NCBI GenBank assembly: GCA_043816785.1
Contig: JBDRHP010000075.1
Location: 1 to 16,363, forward strand
From: Candidatus Margulisiibacteriota bacterium
GTDB lineage: Bacteria > Margulisbacteria > WOR-1 > O2-12-FULL-45-9
Length of the DNA stretch: 16,363 bases
Direction of reading: 5' to 3'
The position numbers were made by a program, and so were the translations under genes. Shown in pieces: positions 1 through 9,756 of the stretch. Within the stretch, counting starts at the first letter, position 1. Each line of letters begins with the position of its first letter. The notes beneath the pieces are model-generated. The model saw only the letters and a program-made list of their open reading frames with translations. It made no database searches and was not told the DNA's origin.

Positions 1-2
1 AT

Positions 3-659
3 ATGCCGATACTCTTATTTATCCATGGGTTTGCTACTGGGCCAAAGATCTGGCAGGCGCAGATCAGGGAATTCTCCAAGGATTTCCACGTCGTAACTGA
101 TATTGAACATGTCGAACATGGCAGTGATGTTTATCTTGTTGGCTGGTCAATGGGGGGGTGGAAAGCGCTGGAGCTGTGGCAGGAGCATCATCAAAAGATC
201 AAAGGTTTGATCCTGGTTTCAGCCTTTGCCAAGTATGTGCGGAGTGATGATTATCCTTGCGGTACGCCAATGGTCCTGCTGCGCAAACTAGAGAAGAGAT
301 TTATGTCTGATTACAAGGATGGCATGCATTATTTCTATGATCTGGTATTTAAGGATAAGAAGATACACCGGTTGATCGACCAATTGCCAGTGCCGGAAAA
401 ACATGATGTTGATAGGTGGTTTGAGAAATTGCGGCAGGAAGACATGAGGGAGCTGCTGCCCAGAATCAATGTGCCGGTCCTCATCATTCAGGGAGATCAG
501 GACCCGATCGTTTCCCCTGAGGCAGCGGAATATTTACATGGCAGGATTAAGGATTCAGAATTAAGGGTCTTTGCCGGAGTAGGGCATGCCCCATTTCTTG
601 AGAAAACCAGGGAATTTAATTTGACCATGAGGGGTTTTCTGGCAAAAAATGAAAATTGA
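3..659 (+). CDS. bioH: Alpha/beta hydrolase, probable pimeloyl-ACP methyl ester carboxylesterase (BioH-like)
   Basis: Has the HGF oxyanion motif, the GWSMGG nucleophile elbow, QGDQD and the GHAPF His motif, and overlaps a BioC-like gene. The start is at the window edge, so its upstream context is not visible. Confidence 0.75.
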   Translation: MPILLFIHGFATGPKIWQAQIREFSKDFHVVTDIEHVEHGSDVYLVGWSMGGWKALELWQEHHQKIKGLILVSAFAKYVRSDDYPCGTPMVLLRKLEKRFMSDYKDGMHYFYDLVFKDKKIHRLIDQLPVPEKHDVDRWFEKLRQEDMRELLPRINVPVLIIQGDQDPIVSPEAAEYLHGRIKDSELRVFAGVGHAPFLEKTREFNLTMRGFLAKNEN

Positions 660-1398
660 TAAAGAAAGAGTAAAAAAGAGTTTTTCTGATAGCGCTAAAC
701 ACTATGACCGCCACGCGGACCTGCAGCATGAAGTAATGAGCAAGCTCTTTGGACGTGTTTCGGTCCAGCCCAAATGGGTTTTGGATGTCGGGTCAGGAAC
801 CGGCACGCTGGTTGGTCTGCTGGCGGAAAAATATCCTGAGGCTGATGTGGTTGGCCTTGATATTGCGATTGGCATGCTTGAGGTGGCGCTGGCCAAAAAT
901 TACAAGAATAACGTCCGGTTTCTTCAGGGTGATGGGGAAGCATTGCCTTTTGATTCTGGACAATTTGATCTGGTTGTTTCTTCACTGGCTTTGCAGTGGA
1001 TGGATCCGGAGAAAGTCTTTATTGAGGCGGCGCGGGTGTTAAAGCCCGGCGGAAGTTTTTATTTTAGTACTTTCGGGCCGAAAACTTTAGCGGAGCTTAA
1101 GCAGGCAGGGTTATCTGTCAATGATTTTCCTGCCGAGAATGAATTAAAGCGGGTCTTGTCTCATCAATTTGCCGGGGTAGAGCTTAAGGCGGAACTGCTC
1201 ACCAGGAATTATAAAGATATTTTTGAATTGTTCCATTATTTAAAAGAGATCGGGGCCCAGAATCCCTGGGATGTCGGCCGCAAGGGTTTGACCAGCAGGC
1301 GAAAGTTGGCTAAGATGTTTGTTCCCGAAAACAAGGGTTTGGACGTGAGCTATGAAGTGTATTTTGGCTCGTGTCTTGTTAAGGAGGCGGTTATATGA
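649..1398 (+). CDS. bioC: Malonyl-ACP O-methyltransferase BioC
   Basis: N-terminal 'IDKERVKKSFSDSAKHYDRHADLQ' BioC signature, SAM motif VLDVGSGTG, FDLVVSSLALQW, FSTFGPKTLAEL and LKEIGA. Confidence 0.88.
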   Translation: MKIDKERVKKSFSDSAKHYDRHADLQHEVMSKLFGRVSVQPKWVLDVGSGTGTLVGLLAEKYPEADVVGLDIAIGMLEVALAKNYKNNVRFLQGDGEALPFDSGQFDLVVSSLALQWMDPEKVFIEAARVLKPGGSFYFSTFGPKTLAELKQAGLSVNDFPAENELKRVLSHQFAGVELKAELLTRNYKDIFELFHYLKEIGAQNPWDVGRKGLTSRRKLAKMFVPENKGLDVSYEVYFGSCLVKEAVI

Positions 1399-1598
1399 GC
1401 ATCGAAGTTGTTATCAATGGCAAAACCGAAGAAATTGAGCCGGTGTCCGTAGGGGATTTGTTGAGGTCAAAAGATGTTAAATTTGAGGTGGTCACTGTTG
1501 AATTAAATGATGAAATCATAAAGAGAGGGTCTTATGACTCAACCAGCCTTAAGAAGGGCGACCGGGTAGAATTTGTTTACTATATGGGTGGGGGCTAA
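1395..1598 (+). CDS. thiS: ThiS-family sulfur carrier protein
   Basis: 67 aa ubiquitin-like protein with ING, VELNDEII and LKKGDRVEFV, ending in MGGG. SD AAGGAGG at 1381-1387 and an ATGA overlap with bioC. Confidence 0.9.
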   Translation: MSIEVVINGKTEEIEPVSVGDLLRSKDVKFEVVTVELNDEIIKRGSYDSTSLKKGDRVEFVYYMGGG

Positions 1599-1647
1599 GA
1601 CGTCTGAGTTTGTCTGGGTCTTATAATAAAATAAGGGAGAGAATAAA

Positions 1648-1959
1648 ATGGATGTAACAAAGGAAAATTTTAAGCAGGAAGTTTTGGAGGCCAAATTGCC
1701 GGTTTTAGTTGATTTCTGGGCAAGCTGGTGCAGCCCCTGCATGGCAGTTGCTCCGCTGGTCGATAAAATTGCCCTGGAGAATGAAGGTAAATTGAAGGTG
1801 GGCAAAGTCAATACGGATGAGAATCCTGATGTGGCAGCCAACTATGGCATTCTGGGCATTCCCACCCTGATCCTGTTCAAAAATGGACAGGAAGTTGGCC
1901 GGGTCATCGGGTTTAATCCCGGATCGATCCAGGAACTGGTCAAAAAGGGGACGTCATAA
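1648..1959 (+). CDS. trxA: Thioredoxin
   Basis: [13 protein letters not shown] active site, cis-Pro motif GIPT and FKNG. SD AAGGGAG upstream. Confidence 0.95.
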   Translation: MDVTKENFKQEVLEAKLPVLVDFWASWCSPCMAVAPLVDKIALENEGKLKVGKVNTDENPDVAANYGILGIPTLILFKNGQEVGRVIGFNPGSIQELVKKGTS

Positions 1960-1977
1960 TGGTGGGAGAGGATCAAG

Positions 1978-3667
<1,690 letters not shown>

Positions 3668-5449
3668 CTAAAGGTTTGCGATATCCTCAAATTTAATGTC
3701 CGCGCCCAGGATCCCCAGCAGCTTGCCCTTATCATCTTTGATCGGGGCGGCAACCGTGATGCAGAGCTTATTGGTTAATCTTGAATTATAAAAATTAGAA
3801 ACAAAGGCTGCTTCTTTTTTCAGCGCGCCCTTGAACCACGAACGGTCGGAATAATTCTCGTCCTTGGATATCTTTTGAAATATGCCGGTGTCCTCTGGAT
3901 GGGTAATATTGCTGGTGGTTTTTAGGCCATTCTTGCCGACCACGTATAGGAACTGGATAAAGGGATTCTGTTCAATGAACCTTTCTAGGATCGGTTCCTG
4001 CTTTTTGGCCTGCATGGATCTGAGTTCGGTTTTCTCTGCCAGTTCTTCGATCAAGTGTTTGGCGTGCTTGTCGACCTTTTTCTTTAGTTTGGCAAAATCA
4101 GATTCAATATATTCCGGTAAATACTGCTTGGCATGCTCGATCATTTCTTCCGCTGAAATAGCAGTCGTTCTCCTTTGATCATACTGGTCAGTTACCCAGG
4201 CGGAGATCTGTAAAACCGCGGGATGATTTTTTGGCAGCTGATGGTTGTTTTTTAGCTTTAGATGGGTATTGAGCCAGTAAGCAACCCCAGCTGCGCCTGA
4301 TTTGTCAGTGATCGCAATAGCCATGGGCCGGTTGAGTATCTTGTCGGTATCAAAGATATTGTAGATCTCCTGGTTTTTGATCAGGCCGTCTGCGTGGATG
4401 CCGGCGCGGGTAGTGTTAAACTCTGTGCCGACAAAGGGGTAATTTGGCGGGATCTCAGCGCCAATCTCGCTGCGGAAATATTCCGCGATCTCAGTAATAA
4501 CGGTAGTGTCAATGTCGTCGGTTATCCCTTTTAGACCGATATACTCCATGATCAAGGCTTCGATCGGAGGGTTGCCGGTTCTTTCCCCAAAACCTAGTAA
4601 GGTACCGTTAGCCGCGCAACAACCATACAGCCAGGCAGTAGAGGCGTTGATCAAGACTTTGTGGAAATCGTTGTGTCCATGCCATTCTAGCCTTTCTGGT
4701 GGCACACCACCTTCTTTAACCAGTTTATAGACCAATTTTGGTACTGAACGCGGCAGGGCAGCCTTGGGGTAAGAAATGCCATAGCCCATGGTGTCGCAGG
4801 CCCGCACTTTAATGGGGATGCCGGATTCCTTGGCTAAAGCCATTAACTTTTTAACAAAAGGCAGGACAAACCCGTCAAAATCCGCCCGGGTAATGTCTTC
4901 CAAATGGCAGCGGGGAATTACGCCAAGCTCTAAGGCGGCTTTCACCACCGCTAAATAACCTTCCATGGCTTGCTTGTGGTCCTTTTTTAGCTTCAGAAAG
5001 ATATGGTAGTCAGAGGCAGAGGTTAAGATCCCTGTTTCTTTTAGGCCCATTTCCTTAACCAATTGGAAATCTTGTTTAACTGCCCGGATCCAGCCAGTGA
5101 TATGGGGAAACTCAAAGCCTAATTCTTGGCACTTTCGCACGGCTTCACGGTCTTTATCGCTGTAAAGGAAAAATTCAGACTGCTTAATGATGCCCTTGGG
5201 CCCGCCCAGTCGGTGCAACAGCGTGTAGATGTCCACGATCTGTTGGACCGTGTAGGGAGGCCGGGCTTGTTGGCCATCGCGAAAGGTCGTGTCAGAAATC
5301 CAAATGTCATTGGGCGGATTAAGAGGCACTTCCTCGGAATCAAAGGCGATCCTGGGAACTTCATCATAAGGGAAAAACCCCCGCAAAAGATTAGGCGTTT
5401 CTGTATTTTCTTTCTTGATCAGATCTTTAGCATTCAGCAACCAGTTCAT
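3668..5449 (-). CDS. DRE-TIM metallolyase, Re-citrate synthase-like, with a C-terminal Cache/PAS-like domain
   Basis: DTTFRDGQQ, HGHND, GERTGN and TRAGIHADG motifs. The C-terminal 'YSDRSWF...YNSRLTNKLCITVAAPIKDDKGKLLGILGADI' is Cache-like. Start revised to ATG 5449 (MNWLL), which has a GGAGG SD; the TTG at 5524 is part of a -35 box. It lies 3 nt upstream of mdh. Confidence 0.78.
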   Translation of the reverse strand: MNWLLNAKDLIKKENTETPNLLRGFFPYDEVPRIAFDSEEVPLNPPNDIWISDTTFRDGQQARPPYTVQQIVDIYTLLHRLGGPKGIIKQSEFFLYSDKDREAVRKCQELGFEFPHITGWIRAVKQDFQLVKEMGLKETGILTSASDYHIFLKLKKDHKQAMEGYLAVVKAALELGVIPRCHLEDITRADFDGFVLPFVKKLMALAKESGIPIKVRACDTMGYGISYPKAALPRSVPKLVYKLVKEGGVPPERLEWHGHNDFHKVLINASTAWLYGCCAANGTLLGFGERTGNPPIEALIMEYIGLKGITDDIDTTVITEIAEYFRSEIGAEIPPNYPFVGTEFNTTRAGIHADGLIKNQEIYNIFDTDKILNRPMAIAITDKSGAAGVAYWLNTHLKLKNNHQLPKNHPAVLQISAWVTDQYDQRRTTAISAEEMIEHAKQYLPEYIESDFAKLKKKVDKHAKHLIEELAEKTELRSMQAKKQEPILERFIEQNPFIQFLYVVGKNGLKTTSNITHPEDTGIFQKISKDENYSDRSWFKGALKKEAAFVSNFYNSRLTNKLCITVAAPIKDDKGKLLGILGADIKFEDIANL

Positions 5450-5495
5450 GATTTCCCTCCGTAATGTAATGTGTTTAAAGGCAAAGCTTTTGACT

Positions 5496-5524
5496 ATTAT
5501 AGCAATAAACGGTTGGAATTTCAA
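5496..5524 (-). promoter_or_regulatory. Sigma70-type promoter for the Re-citrate synthase-mdh operon
   Basis: On the minus strand: TTGAAA (5524-5519), a 17-nt spacer, then TATAAT (5501-5496) preceded by TGc, an extended -10. Confidence 0.65.
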
Positions 5525-5659
5525 AACTGCCTTCTTATTTTAGGCTTGTTGTGAGATCGTAGGCCGGTGACTGGTGCAGATAATAAAGTGGTTGAATTGC
5601 TTAAACAATATGACTACGATTTAGGGGTAAGTTCTCAGATGGTGGACGATTATTTAGGC
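5523..5659 (+). pseudogene. Remnant of a trans-polyprenyl diphosphate synthase gene (IspB/HepT-like)
   Basis: Reads KTAFLF*ACCEI (5523-5558, in-frame TAG at 5541). After a frameshift it reads VTGADNKVVELLKQYDYDLGVSSQMVDDYLG. This matches the family's KT motif followed by the LGxAFQxxDDxLD second Asp-rich motif. Confidence 0.6.
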
Positions 5660-5772
5660 CAGGCATTTTTGCTTTTTTCAGGTCGGTCGCTGGGGCTTAA
5701 TATCTTGAAAAAAGGAGGTGCAGGAGCAAGAAAAAAGCCTTTTTTTGTTTGATTTTTTTAAGGAAGAAAGAG

Positions 5773-6481
5773 ATGAAAAAGCTAGTTGTTTTTGTGTTAT
5801 TAGCTGCTTTAGTTTTCTGTTTGCCGGCAGCAGCACAAATAAGATTTAAAGATGTGCCGGACGATCACTGGGCAGCATCTGCGGTTTATGATCTGGTCAA
5901 ATGAAAGGAAGATCGTTTCCCGCTCCGAGATCGAAAAAATGATCAGCCAGAGTGGTGGTGGAGTTAGCGGTTCCGGAGTTAGCGGCGTGGTTTATTTTGC
6001 CTAAAAAAAAGAATCTGCAGAATTCCGGCATCGTAAACGATTTTGATATCAAGCGCGTTTATGTCAACATCCAGAACAAACTGAGCGGCAATGCCAGCTC
6101 AAAAGTGACATTTGACGTTGCTCGTAATGCTACAACTCCCACAACCCTGAATAGTTTTCTCAAATATGCCTATGTTGATTTGCATGATGCTTTACCAGCG
6201 GAATTGCAAATTATCCCAACTGATCTAACCGTGAGCATTGGCCTTTTGCCAACTTACTGGATCGGCTACGTGAATTCGATCCTGGGCATTCGTTATGTGT
6301 CTATAGCAGCTTAACGGATTTAAACGGTGTCCTTTCATCGGCTGATTTTGGTGTTGATGCCAATGGCAGCTCAAACCTGGCTGGCCTGAAAGTCAATTTT
6401 AACGGGGCGGTCATCAATGGCGCTGGTTTTAGGGCTGCTGAGACAAACGCCGGAAAAACTATCAACTAGAGAGTCAACTAA
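5773..6481 (+). pseudogene. Fragmented SLH-domain / outer-membrane porin-like gene
   Basis: 5773-5904 encodes a signal peptide MKKLVVFVLLAALVFCLPAAA plus an SLH start FKDVPDDHWAASAVYDLVK*. 5909-6004 reads KIVSRSEIEKMISQ...VYFA*. After an A8 tract it reads NDFDIKRVYVN...KVTFDV...FLKYAYVDL...GIRYV (to 6314). Another frame, 6308-6469, reads SADFGV...VINGAGFRAAETNAGK*. These are porin-like segments spread over different frames. Confidence 0.7.
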
Positions 6482-6537
6482 CGCTGTGTCCGTTGCCGAA
6501 CTCCGCTTGTTTCCGAATTTTATTTGTTTATAGTTCA

Positions 6538-6570
6538 ATCTTGACTAAATCAATCAAGATAGTGTATGAT
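6538..6570 (+). promoter_or_regulatory. Promoter with an overlapping Rrf2-type palindromic operator
   Basis: Inverted repeat ATCTTGA-N9-TCAAGAT (6538-6560) covers a TTGACT -35 (6541-6546). TATGAT -10 at 6565-6570 with an 18-nt spacer. Directly upstream of an Rrf2 gene. Confidence 0.65.
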
Positions 6571-6613
6571 GAACTGGACATTTTGGTTAAATCTAACGAT
6601 AATATATTGAACA

Positions 6614-7036
6614 ATGAATTTTTCAATTAAAGTGCAATACGGTATTCAAGCGGCTCTGGAGCTGGCTAAAAAATTCAATGCAGGACCGGTTCAGATCGGT
6701 GATATTGCCAGGAGCCAGATGATACCTGTGCGGTATCTGGAGCAATTACTATTGATACTGAAAAGGAGGCACTTGCTTTCCAGTCTGCGTGGAAAAGAAG
6801 GGGGATATAACCTGGCAAAGCATCCCAGCGATATTTCAGTGCTTGAAGTAATTGAGGCTCTGGATGGCCCGATCAATCTGACTAATAAGAGGTTGAAGAA
6901 GTATCCTGTTCTATTTGAGTTATTTGAGAATTTGCAAAATAATATAAAAGACAGCTTAAAGGAGACAACATTGGAAGACCTTATCTTTAGAGTCAGCAAA
7001 AAAGAAAGAGCTTACATATATAATTATAATATTTAG
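6614..7036 (+). CDS. Rrf2-family transcriptional regulator without Cys (CymR-like)
   Basis: Rrf2 wHTH motifs YGIQAALELA, IPVRYLEQLL, SLRGKEGGYNLAKHP and IEALDG. It has no cysteines, ends YNYNI, and is upstream of cysK. Confidence 0.9.
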   Translation: MNFSIKVQYGIQAALELAKKFNAGPVQIGDIARSQMIPVRYLEQLLLILKRRHLLSSLRGKEGGYNLAKHPSDISVLEVIEALDGPINLTNKRLKKYPVLFELFENLQNNIKDSLKETTLEDLIFRVSKKERAYIYNYNI

Positions 7037-7079
7037 GCCCCGAGCGACCCCGAGCTCTGTCGAGGGGGAGTCGAAGGGC
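7037..7079 (-). repeat. Nested REP-like palindromic element
   Basis: The reverse complement is GCCCTTCGACTC-[CCCCTCGACAGAGCTCGGGGT]-CGCTCGGGGC. The outer arms match the element at 14893-14932, and the insert is itself a copy of the same CCCCTCGAC-N3-GCTCGGGG motif. Confidence 0.75.
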
Positions 7080-7090
7080 AAGGAGGAATC

Positions 7091-8017
7091 ATGGCAAAGA
7101 TAGCAAAAGATATCACAGAATTAGTCGGTAGTACACCTTTGGTTAGGCTAAACAAGGTTACTGAAGGTACGGTGGCGGAGGTTGTGGCCAAACTTGAATC
7201 TTTTAATCCCTGTTCGAGCCTCAAGGACCGGGTCGCGGTGGCCATGATCGATGCTGCGGAAAAAGAAGGTAAAATTTGTGAGGGAGCGATTATTGTTGAG
7301 CCGACTTCTGGCAACACGGGGATTGGGCTGGCCTTTGTTTGCGCAGCACGTGGCTATAAACTTATGTTGACTATGCCTGACACCATGAGTATCGAACGTA
7401 GAAATCTATTGAAGGCATTTGGCGCTGACCTTGTTTTAACCGATGGCGCTAAAGGTATGAAGGGCGCGGTGGAAAAGGCCGAAGAATTGGTCAGAACGAC
7501 AAAAAATTCCTTTATGCCACAGCAGTTCAAGAACGTGGCAAATCCTGACATTCACAAAAGGACCACGGCGGAAGAGATCTGGAACGATACGGATGGCAAG
7601 GTCGATATCTTTGTGGCCGGGATCGGTACAGGCGGTACGATCACAGGGGTGGGGCAGGCTTTAAAGTCAAAGAAAAAGAACGTAAAGGTCATAGCAGTTG
7701 AACCCGCCGATTCTCCGGTGCTTTCCGGCGGGCAGCCTGGTCCCCATAAGATCCAGGGGATAGGCGCAGGTTTTGTGCCTGATGTTCTGGACACAAAGAT
7801 ATATGACGAAGTGATCAAAGTTAGCAATGAAGATTCTTTTGAAATCGCTCGCAGGCTTGCTCAAGAAGAAGGTTTGCTTGTAGGGATCTCTTCTGGAGCA
7901 GCGACTTACGCAGCGCTTGAGATCGCCAAGCGTCCGGGAAATAAGGGAAAGTTGATCGTTGTTTTGCTGCCTGATACAGGTGAGCGTTATTTGAGCACGC
8001 CGTTATTTCAGGAGTAG
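7091..8017 (+). CDS. cysK: Cysteine synthase A (O-acetylserine sulfhydrylase)
   Basis: [14 protein letters not shown] with the PLP Lys, [26 protein letters not shown] and [18 protein letters not shown]. Confidence 0.96.
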   Translation: MAKIAKDITELVGSTPLVRLNKVTEGTVAEVVAKLESFNPCSSLKDRVAVAMIDAAEKEGKICEGAIIVEPTSGNTGIGLAFVCAARGYKLMLTMPDTMSIERRNLLKAFGADLVLTDGAKGMKGAVEKAEELVRTTKNSFMPQQFKNVANPDIHKRTTAEEIWNDTDGKVDIFVAGIGTGGTITGVGQALKSKKKNVKVIAVEPADSPVLSGGQPGPHKIQGIGAGFVPDVLDTKIYDEVIKVSNEDSFEIARRLAQEEGLLVGISSGAATYAALEIAKRPGNKGKLIVVLLPDTGERYLSTPLFQE

Positions 8018-8109
8018 GATTAAGGAAGGTGATTTATTATGTTATGGATTATGGTTTACCCCAGTAATGGGGAGCATCAAATAAATATTTTAAAGGGAGC
8101 TGAGAAATT

Positions 8110-9324
8110 ATGGCAAAAACTATTGCAGAAATAAATGAAAAGATCAAAAGCGGCAAGGCGGTCGTGGTTAATGCTGAGGAGATCATTGAGATCGTGGCAA
8201 AAAAAGGTGTTGAACAGGCGGCCAAAGAAGTTGATGTTGTTACCACTGGAACTTTTGGCCCGATGTGCTCATCCGGAGCCTACTTTAACTTTGGGCATAC
8301 TAAACCCAAGATCAAGGCTGGTGGAGGCAAGGCGTTGCTTAACAATGTTCCTGTTTATGCGGGTTGGGCGGCAGTTGATCTCTATATCGGGGCAACCATT
8401 GCTGCTCAAGATGATCCCCTCAATAAGATCCATCCAGGTGAGTTTGCCTACGGTGGCGCCCATGTCATAGAGGATCTGGTGGCAGGCAAGGATGTTCGCT
8501 TACAGGTGGAAGCCTATGGAACAGATTGTTATCCACGAAAACATTTGGATAGCTGGATAAACATCAAGGATCTGAACGAGGCGGTTCTGTTCAATTCCAG
8601 GAATGCCTATCAGAACTATAATGTTGCGGTCAATCTCTCGGACAAGACCATTTACACTTATCTAGGAACTCTGAAACCGAAGATCGGGAACGCGAATTAC
8701 TGCAGCGCTGGACAGCTTTCGCCCTTGCTCAATGACCCCTACTATAAGACGTTAGGGATCGGCACCAGAATATGGCTCGGTGGTGGAATAGGCTATATAG
8801 CCTGGCAGGGGACCCAGCATAATCCGCATGCTCCGAGATTGGCCAACGGCGTCACCAAGCGTCCTGCAGGAACGCTGGCGGTTATTGGCGATCTAAAGGA
8901 GATGAGCCCGAAGTGGATCAAAGGAGTAAGTTTTGTTGGCTACGGGGTCTCTCTCAATGTTGGCATTGGTATCCCGATACCCATCCTCAACGAAGAGATC
9001 TTGAAGTATACAGCGATAAAGGATGAGGAGATTATCGCCGCGATCGTAGATTATAGCGACGCTTACCCGAACGGCAAATCAGACATTCTGGGGGAAGTGG
9101 ATTATAAAACAGTCAAGAGCGGGGAGATCGAAGTGAAGGGCAAAAAGGTTCCTACCTCAGGAATTTCGAGCTACAAGGCAGCTCTTGAGATTGCCAATGA
9201 TCTCAAGGAAAGCATCAAAAAGGGCAAGTTCCTGTTAACAGAGAAGGTCGCGGATCTGCCGGTCGGAGATACCGCGCCCAAATTCAAACCGCTCAAAGAA
9301 CGCCCGGTAAAGGAGGGGATGTAA
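8110..9324 (+). CDS. DUF39 / L-aspartate semialdehyde sulfurtransferase (homocysteine biosynthesis), no CBS domains
   Basis: KTIAEINEKI, VDVVTTGTFGPMCSSGA, YGTDCYPRK, RNAYQNY, AGQLSPLLNDP and GTQHNP are characteristic of COG1900/DUF39. It is followed by the cognate NIL-ferredoxin. Confidence 0.9.
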   Translation: MAKTIAEINEKIKSGKAVVVNAEEIIEIVAKKGVEQAAKEVDVVTTGTFGPMCSSGAYFNFGHTKPKIKAGGGKALLNNVPVYAGWAAVDLYIGATIAAQDDPLNKIHPGEFAYGGAHVIEDLVAGKDVRLQVEAYGTDCYPRKHLDSWINIKDLNEAVLFNSRNAYQNYNVAVNLSDKTIYTYLGTLKPKIGNANYCSAGQLSPLLNDPYYKTLGIGTRIWLGGGIGYIAWQGTQHNPHAPRLANGVTKRPAGTLAVIGDLKEMSPKWIKGVSFVGYGVSLNVGIGIPIPILNEEILKYTAIKDEEIIAAIVDYSDAYPNGKSDILGEVDYKTVKSGEIEVKGKKVPTSGISSYKAALEIANDLKESIKKGKFLLTEKVADLPVGDTAPKFKPLKERPVKEGM

Positions 9325-9325
9325 G

Positions 9326-9736
9326 ATGTCAGCGAGCAAAATGGTTTTAACCTTTCCCAAGGACAAAATAGGTAAGCCGATTGTCTATAAACTTATCAAG
9401 GATTTTAACCTTAGCTTTAATATAATGAAGGCCAGTATTACTCCAGACCAGGAGGGTCACATGGTTTTGGAGCTGGACGGAGATAAGGCCGAGATTGATA
9501 AAGGGATAAAGCACTTGAAAGACGAAGGGGTTAAGATCGATCCTTTAAGCAAAGAAATAAAGGTTAACTGGGATAAATGCACTCAATGCACTGCCTGTGT
9601 TTCGATCTGCCCGACGGACGCTCTTTATGTTAAGGATCGCCAGACCATGGAAATGGCTTTTGATCCGGAAAAGTGCATTGCTTGTGAGCTGTGTATCCGG
9701 CCTTGTCCACCAAGGGCGATCGAGGTTCATTTCTAG
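9326..9736 (+). CDS. NIL-domain 2x[4Fe-4S] ferredoxin (Asa sulfurtransferase partner)
   Basis: NIL-like N-terminus (PIVYKLIKDFNLSFNIMKA) with CTQCTACVSICP and CIACELCIRPCP. It is 1 nt downstream of the DUF39 gene. Confidence 0.9.
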   Translation: MSASKMVLTFPKDKIGKPIVYKLIKDFNLSFNIMKASITPDQEGHMVLELDGDKAEIDKGIKHLKDEGVKIDPLSKEIKVNWDKCTQCTACVSICPTDALYVKDRQTMEMAFDPEKCIACELCIRPCPPRAIEVHF

Positions 9737-9756
9737 ACCTGTTTTTCACTAAAATC

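Noticed and set aside
1726..1740. Thioredoxin WCSPC instead of WCGPC
   Set aside because: This is within normal CxPC variation and is no evidence of novelty.
5450..5524. N-terminal extension of the 618-aa ORF from TTG 5524
   Set aside because: The TTG is the -35 box of a good promoter, and ATG 5449 has a GGAGG SD.
5723..5750. Possible terminator CAAGAAAAAAGCCTTTTTTTG
   Set aside because: The stem is almost entirely A-T with no GC core, so it is too weak to call.
5567..5752. 61-aa ORF as a real gene
   Set aside because: It is better explained as a frameshifted polyprenyl synthetase relic running into low-complexity A/T sequence.
5960..5985. Direct repeat GGAGTTAGCGG x2
   Set aside because: There are only two copies at a 15-nt period, encoding a GVSGSGVSG linker. 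It is not CRISPR or a target-site duplication.
5952..6314. 120-aa ORF as an intact gene, or a phase-variable gene switched at the A8 tract
   Set aside because: It is an internal fragment of a pseudogene with several independent lesions, so one slippage event could not restore it.
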